Shown: piece by piece, positions 54,084 through 64,000 of the stretch
Layout of the letters: every line of letters starts with the position of its first letter
How positions within the stretch are numbered: the stretch's first letter is position 1
Assembly: GCF_009914755.1 (NCBI RefSeq)
Contig: NC_060927.1
Origin: the human T2T-CHM13v2.0 reference genome, Homo sapiens
DNA: 64,000 bases
Reading direction: 5' to 3' (one strand)
Notes under the pieces: generated by a model
What the model saw: the letters and a program-made list of their open reading frames with translations, nothing else
Databases searched by the model: none
What the model was told of the DNA's origin: nothing
Position numbers and translations under genes: made by a program

Positions 54084-55357
54084 ATAGAAATCCTCTTCAT
54101 AGGACATATTGCTGGTCCTTTGCTGTACACTGCAATCTCCTTTCACACCACTAAAAATCAGGCTCTAGGCTACTTGTGTAAACAGGAGAGCTCTGTTTTC
54201 AACAGTTAGGAGTAAGATGTCTTCTGTGGCCAAATTTTAGTCTCAATGCGTCCCATCAGCAGGGAAAACGGCCATTCGGTTCCTATGTATTTTTAAGGCA
54301 CCTACTCTGTCTCCAAGACAGTACTTAATTAGTAAGGGGATTTTAAGTACGGAAGTTAACCAGAACCATTTTTCTAGGAGTAAATGCTTTAGCACGGGGC
54401 ATAATAGCAGGCAATCTAGCACACTACCTCCATTAAAGGAGCCTTGCTCAAAGACGACACAGTCTCTCTGGAGATACGTTTTTTGGGGAGCCAGGCAGAT
54501 CACACAGGTTTAGGAAGTCAAAGGGAAATCACAGAAGGTGGATGACCTAAGGTTGCGCAGTAAAGCACGGTTAGTCCCATCACTTAGTTTATCCAGTTCC
54601 ATGGCTTGGAGGACCATGTCTTCAACCATGGGCGGCATATTTAACTTGGTGGCAGAACCCAGGAACCAGGGAGGGAAAACAGTCGAACACTCCCTGTCTT
54701 TTCCTCCACCCTAGGTCATACGGAAAGGAAGGAGACTAAGAGGATGCTTTTATTCTCACTTCTTTTTCTAGATGGGTAACAGATTTTCTTCAGCTTGCAC
54801 CCCTCTGGAGTGCACTCTACAGCACTGGAACACTTCCTTAACCTAAGGACTTTAAAGAGAAAAGCAACTCATTTTCTTTTATACAAGGGCATGGCATTTT
54901 TACTAAACCTTTGCCAAGCACTGTAAGATCAACCCAGCTCTTTTAGCAATCATATTGGGCAGTCCCAGGGAAAACAGTTCCCCAAAAGTTAAAGAAGCAA
55001 CTTCCAGGGAACCATTTGAGGATCCCCCTTATTTGGGCCCCCTTCAAGTTCCCGTCTCATAACAAAACCTTAGGCAAATAAAAGATGACTTAGGCCAATT
55101 TTCTAACAACCATGATTGGTACATAAAAGCTTTCCAAAATTTAACTCAGGTATTTCACCTCACATGCAGGGATGTTACTCTCCTCCTAAACCAGACCCTC
55201 ACTGCAGTTGAAGAGCAGGTAGCTCTGTAAGCAGCAGATAATTTCAGAGATGAGCAATATATCTCCTATAATACACCAAAAGGGAAGAAAGCAGGTAGGG
55301 AAAGTGAAAAAATATCAGAAACACCATTCCCAATAGGGAGGGAAGCAGTTTCAGTAA

Positions 55358-55678
<321 letters not shown>

Positions 55679-56614
55679 TGAGGAAAAGACAGAGGCCTTG
55701 GGTCTAATATCTTTGAGACACTGAATTGACACCAATGCTTTCATTCGACTTCTCATTTTGTGAGAAAAATATTTAAAGAAGTATCTGGAGAAGTCCACTG
55801 TTAACGTGTTTTCTGTTACATGCAGGAAAACATAAAACTCTAATTGATACTAGGTAGATATAGAGAATGCACAGACATATATATTTTCCCCCCAGAAGGC
55901 AGAGCGTGAGCAAGCTAAATATAGCTAGGTATTAGGTCAGTATGATGAAAAATGTAATGATGGAGCTTTACAAAAACTGAATGGGCTGGCTAAAAACATA
56001 GCGACTCCTGTACTAGCCTCTCAAGTAGCTGGGACTACAGGCGCATGCCACCACACCCAGCTAATTTTTGTATTTTTAGTATACAAAAGAGTAGTTTCTT
56101 CTCTCTCCAACTGGAATATTACCATTATGGCTATAGCTTCGGCCTTCATCAGCAACCATGAGGAAAAGACAGAGGCCTTGGGTCTAATGTCTTTGAGACA
56201 CTGAATTAACACCAACGTTTTGATTCAACTTCTCATTTTGTGAGAAAAATATTTAAAGAAATGTTTGGAGAAGTCCACTGTTCGTGTGGGCAGGGCAACA
56301 CGCCAGCTACACTAAATGAGATCTGCCTAGGAAGCAGTGGAAAAAAATTATGTGAACTCCTAAGGGTTATTCCTTTAAACTCTAAGATGCTATGGCTGAA
56401 CTTTTTTTAGAGTAATTGTATTTGCCTATTTCATGTTATGAGAGGAATTTGCCCTAAGGAAGTAGAACTATTTTAGCTCAGAATGGTAATATTTCTTCTA
56501 AAACTTATTAGGAAACTAGAAGGAATGTTTTGTGGATGTAGTTTTCCTAAAGGTCATGCAGAACTTCCAGGTATTAACAGATTTTGAAAGATGAATAATA
56601 GCCATTTTAGTGGT

Positions 56615-56900
56615 TATTTATTTTTTTGACATGGAGTCACCCAGGCTGGAGGGCAGTGGCACAATCTCGGCTCACTGCAACCTCCGCCTCCTGGGTTCAA
56701 GTGATTCTCCTGCTTCAGCCTCCTGAGTAGCTGGGATTACAGGCACCTGCCACCACACCCAACTAATTTTTGTATTTTTAGTAGAGATGGGGTTTCGCCA
56801 TCTTGGCCAGGCTAGTCTTGATCTCCTGACCTCACGTGATCCACCTGCCTTGGCCTCCCAAAGGGCTGGGATTACAGGTGTGAGCCACTGTGTCCAGCTC
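56615..56900 (-). mobile_element. Alu (AluS-like)
   Basis: Near-full dimer. Confidence 0.88.
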
Positions 56901-58552
56901 ATATCATTTTCAAAGGACTTGTGTAGCATACAGAATGGTTTCTAAATAATATCATCCATAATATTAGTTGATAGTCCATAATTCTAAATCCAGCATTTTT
57001 CAAAGCATTACCAATGAACAGGAACTTTTAAGATAAAGCTAAATATAGAAAAATAAGAAAAGTGAATTACTATAAATTACTATTCATATTATAATTTGAA
57101 ATTTTGTTAATATTGTCTAAGACAAATCATCCTTTTGGGATAGTTTTTTTCACACTGTTCAAACTACCCTTCATCCTATAACGGCAGACATGACCTAATG
57201 ATTCTCATTTTTAATCAACAGTGTTGTCAGACATTTCAATGATTCTGAACATAATATTATGACATTCAGGGCCAGAGAGCAAGCATTCTCTACTTGCTCT
57301 CAGCTGAAAGCAAAGAGGTTCTCAAGAGCTGTCAGCCTTTCTCCTTTATGTTCTGAAAGCCTCCTAAACTTGTCAGTTTACTTCCATTACACTTTTATTG
57401 AAAACAATGAAAGAAAAAAGTTACTACAGCGTTTATACTTTTAAAGTGAATGTCTTTTCTAATAAGGTAGAAATATCACAGAACCATTGAATGTTGGAAT
57501 CAGAAGCATGTTTGGGATATCATCAAGTACAATAGCCACATCCTGACTATGAGGAAAGCTGGAGGGGCTAAAGGACCTCTCAAAGCTACACATGTAGAGT
57601 CAGCAGCAGAGCAGAGCTTAAAGCAGCAAGGGACTCTTACGGCCATCAGTAATCACACTCTTGCTTAACATGCAAATGAATAAAGCTATTTTTATAAAAT
57701 CCTCCCCATATATTGGCAGTAACTCTAAATTCTAGTCATTTTTTAACCATTAGAGAATAACATTAGAAGCATCAGTAGTTAATGGTAATAATAATTTCCG
57801 TTTTATATGGGGTTTTATGGTTCACAAATATATTTTATAAAATAAGTTTCTAATATTTCATTTTCTTATATTGAGGGCTTTTAAAAGAACCAAAAACCTA
57901 TTTTATGAAAATTTCATATTTAAAATTATAGTTGAGAATAATGGAAGATTTTTCCCATTATCTTTGCTCTCCTAGATAGTAACCAGATAAATGACTTCCC
58001 AGAGAAATGCATAGTCATATAAGATAAAACGTCTTTTTCTCTCCATTTTACTCAGAGTTTGATGATGAACTATGACTGGATATTGAAATAATCATTCTTT
58101 TATCCTTTGTAGTAAGGCTTACTTTGTCCAGTGGCAACATGATCAGACAAGCAGCTCTCAGATGACATGTGACAATATTAAATTCAATCTTAGCAAGCAG
58201 CTTCTCAATTTCACACTTGTGGTAGCTGGATTAACCCAATTATTTTTTGGAGGTTAAGGGAAACTTTTACATTTGCAGAATACCATCCTTCAGAAACCAG
58301 AAAGTAGGATTTCGTTAACTCAAAGAATTTTATGGAGATGGAAAGATCAGTTGGTATTTATTAAATTTTAGCACAGAATCAGATGGAGGGTTTAGGAAGA
58401 AGTAGATATGATTACCTAATAATTCACTTTGAGTTCTTCACTTTGATCCTCAAAAATGTGTGAAACTTGGGACTTTTACTTAGCATACCTTTCGGGTAAA
58501 ATATTTTCATTGTACCAGTTCCAGGCTCTTGGTTCTAGCACAAAACCGCTGC

Positions 58553-58557
58553 TACAC

Positions 58558-58592
<35 letters not shown>

Positions 58593-58846
58593 TATATAGA
58601 TATATATACAAATATATATATATGCTACCTATATATACACCTGCTACATGTGTGTATATATATTTACACATGCACATATCAGGTGTGTATAAATGTAGCA
58701 TGTATATATACATACACACATGCACACAGGCACACACATACTTGTTACATATATAATTACACATGCACATATCAGGTGTATATAAATGTAGCATGTATAT
58801 ATACATACACACATGCACACAGGCACACACATACTTGTTACATATA
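58553..58846. repeat. (CA)n/(TA)n low-complexity tract with a 93-bp tandem duplication
   Basis: Units starting at 58664 and 58757 are almost identical. Confidence 0.9.
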
Positions 58847-59252
58847 GTCAGGTGCTGCATGATGACATTTTGCTCAAGAACAGATCACATATATGAGGGT
58901 GGTTCCATAGATTATGATGGAGCTGGAAAACTCTTATAACCTAGTGGCATTGTTGTCATTGTGACATTGTAGTGCAATTACTTAATTTTTAAAACAAATT
59001 TAGTGTAACCTAAGTGTACAGTATTTATAAGGCCTACAGTAATGCATAGTAATGTCCTAGGCCTTCACATTTGCTTACTACTCATTCACTGATTCACCCA
59101 GAGCAAATTCTACTCCTGCAAGCTCCACGGTAAGTGCCTTACACAGGGGTAGCATTTTTTAATCTTTTGTATCATATTTTGCTGTACCTTTTCTATGTTT
59201 AGATATACAAATACTTACCATTACATTGTAATTGCCTACAGTGCTGAGTACC
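58845..59252 (+). mobile_element. Tigger3/MER7-like DNA transposon, truncated at the insertion junction
   Basis: AGTCAGGTGCTGCATGATGACATTTTG...GGTGGTTCCATAGATTATGATGGAGCTGGAAAA resembles the Tigger3 start; ends abruptly at ...GCCTACAGTGCTGAGTAC. Confidence 0.7.
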
Positions 59253-59320
59253 AAGTTTCACCAAGTATTAGATCTACAAATACTTACCACTGCATTATAA
59301 TTGCCTACATGTTGAGTACC

Positions 59321-59427
59321 GTTTCACCAAGTTGGACAGGCTAGTTTCAAACGCCCGACCTCAGGTGATCTGCCTGCCTTAGCCTCCCAAAGTGCTGGAA
59401 TTACAGTGAGAGCCACCGCACCTGGCC
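59321..59427 (-). mobile_element. Alu left arm (second half of the split Alu)
   Basis: GTTTCACCAAGTTGG...CACCTGGCC followed by TSD aggaagc (59428-59434). Confidence 0.88.
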
Positions 59428-59600
59428 AGGAAGCCCTTTTTAATACGCGTTTTAGAAGGCCTATGGAAAACCAGGGCCAAACCTCTCAATTACTCTAAAC
59501 TGTCTATAATAGACCAAAAGCCAGATGAGAATCCTGTGGCCTTTATAGAAAGGCTGATAGAGGCACTAATAGAACACTCTTCCTTTTATCCCCTGATTCA

Positions 59601-60026
59601 GTGGAGAGACAGCTCATCCTGAAGGACAGTTTTATTACACAGGCAGCTCCCAATATTAGAAGAAAACTACAGAAGCAAGCTATGGGACCAAATAGCACCT
59701 TAGAGAACCTCCTGAAGGGGGCCACTTCGGTCTTTTATAATAGGGACCAGGAGGAGGCCCAAAAGAAAGAGAGAAAGCTCAGGGGAAGGACAAAGGCTCT
59801 AGCAGCAGCTTTGCAGGCTGGCAAAGTCCAGGAGCCCCAAGATGCATCCATTAGTTGCTATCAGTGTGGCAGGCCAGGGTATTTTAAAGAGGAATGCCCA
59901 GGCAGCAAGACGAAGCCACCTCAACCCTGTCCATCCAGTGGCAAAAACCAGTGGAGACAGAACTGTCCCCAGATATGGAGGTCACTGGGTTCAGAGCCAG
60001 TCTCACAGATGGTCCCACAGGACTGA
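59601..60026 (+). pseudogene. ERV Gag C-terminal remnant (capsid end plus degenerate zinc knuckles)
   Basis: LILKDSFITQAAPNIRRKLQK; CYQCGRPGYFKEEC (His replaced by Tyr); ends QD*. Confidence 0.85.
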
Positions 60027-61222
60027 TGGGTCCTGGGGCCCAAACCTCAGCTCCAGCAGCTCAAACTGCCATCATAGCATAGGAGCCCCAGGTGATACTG
60101 GACATTGAAGAAAAGGAAGCAGACCTCCTTCTAAACACTAGACCCAGTCTCTCTCTTTTCTCCTCTCTAAGCCAGGCCTCCTCTCTTCCTATAGCGCAAC
60201 TATAAGGGGCATTTCAAGAAAAACTCTAATCCAATATTTTTCTCAACCTTAGTTGTGGTTAGGAGGACCTATTTACAAATGCTTCCAAGCCATTGTCATA
60301 GTAGCTCTACTAGTCAGAAAAGCCTCCTAGTTAACCCTAGGAAATAATTTAACTGTTTACACCCCACATAATGTGGCAGGATCACTGTCCTCTAGGGGGA
60401 GCTCTTAGCCGGCAAACAGCCAGTGAAGCAAGAGGTACATAAAGCAGGAGAGGCAGTAGTCACTCTCCCCAAACACAAGCGCTCAATTGGCTGAGCTAAG
60501 AGCTCTTACAAGAGCACCTAAATTAAGCAAGGGAAAGGTGGCTAACATTTATACTGACTCCAAGTATGCTTTCCTGATTTTCCATGCTCATGCTGCCATT
60601 TGAAAGGAAAGGCATTTTCTTAACACTAATATATCTCCTATAAAATATTACCAGGAAATTAGCAGGTTATCCTCAGTTTTTCTTTCATGAGAGACAGCAG
60701 GGATGTATTGTAGGGAACACTGAAAGGGAACAGATAAGGTAGCAGAAGGAAACAGATTAGCTGATCAGGCAGCCAAGTCAAAGGCAAGGAAGCCTCAAGG
60801 CACTAACACACTTTGAGCCCTTCTAATCTAGGAGGGCTCCATTTTAAAAGAAATTAAACCTCAGTATTCCTCTGCAGAAACAGAATAGGCCACTTCTCAG
60901 CCGCATACTTTTCAGCCCTCAGGACGGCGACAGTCAGGATGGCAAACTCTATTTGCCAGCCTGCAGCCGATGAAAGTCCTTAAAATCCTTCACCGAGCTT
61001 TTTACTTGGGAATGGATAAAACTTACCAATGTGTTCAGAGATTTCTTTTCAGGCAGAAAAGCTCTAAATTGGTTAAGCATGTAACCTCTCTAAGCTCACT
61101 TCCCACAAGAATTAACACAACCAGCAGAAGCCCAACCCCAGGAAATAAAACCTTTATTTAACCCAAGAAATGTGGTATTAATAGAACATCTTAAGTTGAA
61201 AATTATAAAAGATAAGTGAGTA

Positions 61223-61583
<361 letters not shown>

Positions 61584-62090
61584 TCATTTCTATCCTTTCC
61601 TGTCAAAATTTGCTACCAAATAGTAGAACTTCTTTTTAACGCATTATTTACAGGGAAATTTTAATTATACATGGGATTGCATTTGTAACTTTGTAAATCC
61701 CCAGAGGGAAATGTTATATCTTGGCAAGTAAAATTTTCAATGAAAATTATTTACTATGCCACTCTTGTGGAAATTGTTACAGTTACGCTACTATTCGCAA
61801 TAGAACTATACACTGTGGCACCCACAATGTGGAATTCTGGTTGTAAAATTCTAATTGCCATAATATTTTGCCTGATTATCATCCTTATAACAGGATTAAT
61901 TGCAGGAAAAATTTAGTCAAAGTTGTTTTACTTATAGCAGGAGTAATAGTTACGGATAAAAAGCAAACATAGAAGTTTTACTATCATTACGTTTAATAGG
62001 ACTTTTTACTAAAGGTTGGTAATATAATGCACTCTAAGCTATGAAAAAAAGGTTATAAAGAAATACATTTTATATAAGAAAGGATTTTGT

Positions 62091-62512
<422 letters not shown>

Positions 62513-63204
62513 AGGATTTTGTATGGTAAATACTTGTCATAAAAGGAAATGACTGGTTTTTTAAAGGAAGGATGTTTAGAATGAGTCAGAAAAATGTATG
62601 TTGTAAGAGAGTCTGTGAAAATCATGAAAAAATTTAATCATTAAAGGAAAGGAATTGTCAAAATTAATGCTAAAGTTACTTTAGACATCCAATAACGTAT
62701 TTCTCTCAATCATACTGCAAGTTATAAAAATGGCCTAAGCCTAAAGTTATTCTCTAATGGCAAGTCAAGGGAGAAATGCATGCTGTTCTCAAGGAAAATG
62801 TTACTTTTATGTTAACGTTTCTGGTAATGTACAGCGACATCTAGTGTAGACAATCCAGTATTGCAATCCATTGGTGTAACTAATAGGTACCAAACTCTAA
62901 GTCAGTTATGGTCTACAGGACCCCCACTGATGGTGGTAATCTTAATGCTCTTATTCTAACACTATATTTTAAACCTTCTTGTAAAACGTATCTCTTTTCG
63001 CCTAGAAGCAATTAAACTCCAAATGGTACTGCAAGCAGAACCACACATGGACACGCCATTCTTCCAAGAATCCTTAAATCAACCTCAGGAGAAGGCCCAA
63101 CTGCTGCTCCCCTGCATGCTCCTTTTCAGCAGGAAGTGGCCACAAAGAATCATCGTCCAACACCCCCTAACAGCAGTTAGGTTTGCTTCTCTTGAGGGGG
63201 GAAA

Positions 63205-63834
63205 TAATACAGGTGTTACTTAAAAAAGTTTTTTTAGGCAGAGAGAGAGGCTAAAAGGAGTTCTTGGTAAGGCTTTTTCTGTTAATAAAAGCAAACCCCG
63301 AACCATTTCTTTTCTAACAGAAAAACCGCTTGAAGGGCCGGGCCAGGAAGCTTTGATACGCAAATGCCGCCCGTTAGAAATGGTCCACCCAATATGGCGA
63401 CTCCTGCCTTCTTCTTGTCACCATGTGTGCCAAGTGTCATGGCTACCTCCAGATAATACCATGTGTTCAGAACATCATGGCGATCCGTATTTGCATATTA
63501 AAGAGCTAAGGTGGGAAATTTCGCCAGGTTTTTCACAGGCAATGTAAATAACATACCTGGTCAAACCAATCCCCTGGGCCCTATGCAAACCAGACACCAC
63601 CTCCTCCAGCATCCCAATATAAGCAACCACTTTCCTGCCACACACGGGGTTTCTCGTCGTTCGAATCCCCCCTCCCTTTGTCTCTGTACCGGGGAGCTGT
63701 TTTCTTCCTTGCTTCTCTCTTGCCTAATAAACTCTCCGCTCCTTAAAACTACTCCACACGTGTCTGTGTCATTTTATCTAAACTGGCGCGAGACCAAGGA
63801 CCCTGGTGTTCCTTCAGTCATCGGAGCCATGTCA
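63205..63834 (+). mobile_element. 3' LTR (LTR9/LTR9B-like)
   Basis: Follows the polypurine tract; homologous to the split 5' LTR; AATAAA at 63726-63731; ends ...TGTCA. Confidence 0.85.
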
Positions 63835-64000
63835 TTTACACCTCTCTTGGTCCTATTCTTGTCTCACTCTCCTTTGCCTTCCATACACACAGGCACATAA
63901 AAATGAGACTTTTAAAAAATTAAGTTTATACTCACATCTCTGTTACCTCCCACAACAATAACTAGATCGTGAGCTCCTTGGGAAAAAGTCTGGGTCTCGG

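Noticed and set aside
59601-60026. Possible domesticated Gag-like gene
   Set aside because: No ATG start, zinc-knuckle residues mutated, and upstream gag has stops and a 4-kb interruption.

Overview
Primate (human-like) genomic DNA. It contains the 3' part of NCEH1 (AADACL1/KIAA1363, a GDXG/HSL-family serine hydrolase) on the minus strand: coding exons 2-5 and a ~2.8-kb 3' UTR. Exon 1 is not in the window, and intron 1 runs from 35168 past the right edge. Positions 1-17 kb are repeat-rich downstream flank: nested Ricksha > HSMAR2 > MER52 LTR, MaLR LTRs, MER119, many Alus and a strong CTCF motif. Intron 1 holds an LTR22 solo LTR and a degraded LTR9/HUERS-P3-type class I provirus (46952-63834). 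The 5' LTR of that provirus is split by a near-full-length L1PA. Its gag carries an Alu that is itself split by ~3.7 kb of apparently captured genomic DNA, with both junctions duplicated. A second cluster of local direct and inverted duplications lies at 39.7-44.2 kb. I found no new protein-coding system; the unusual signals are rearrangement scars and candidate splicing/regulatory elements. Repeat subfamily names come from recalled consensus sequences, not a database search, and most repeat boundaries are approximate.
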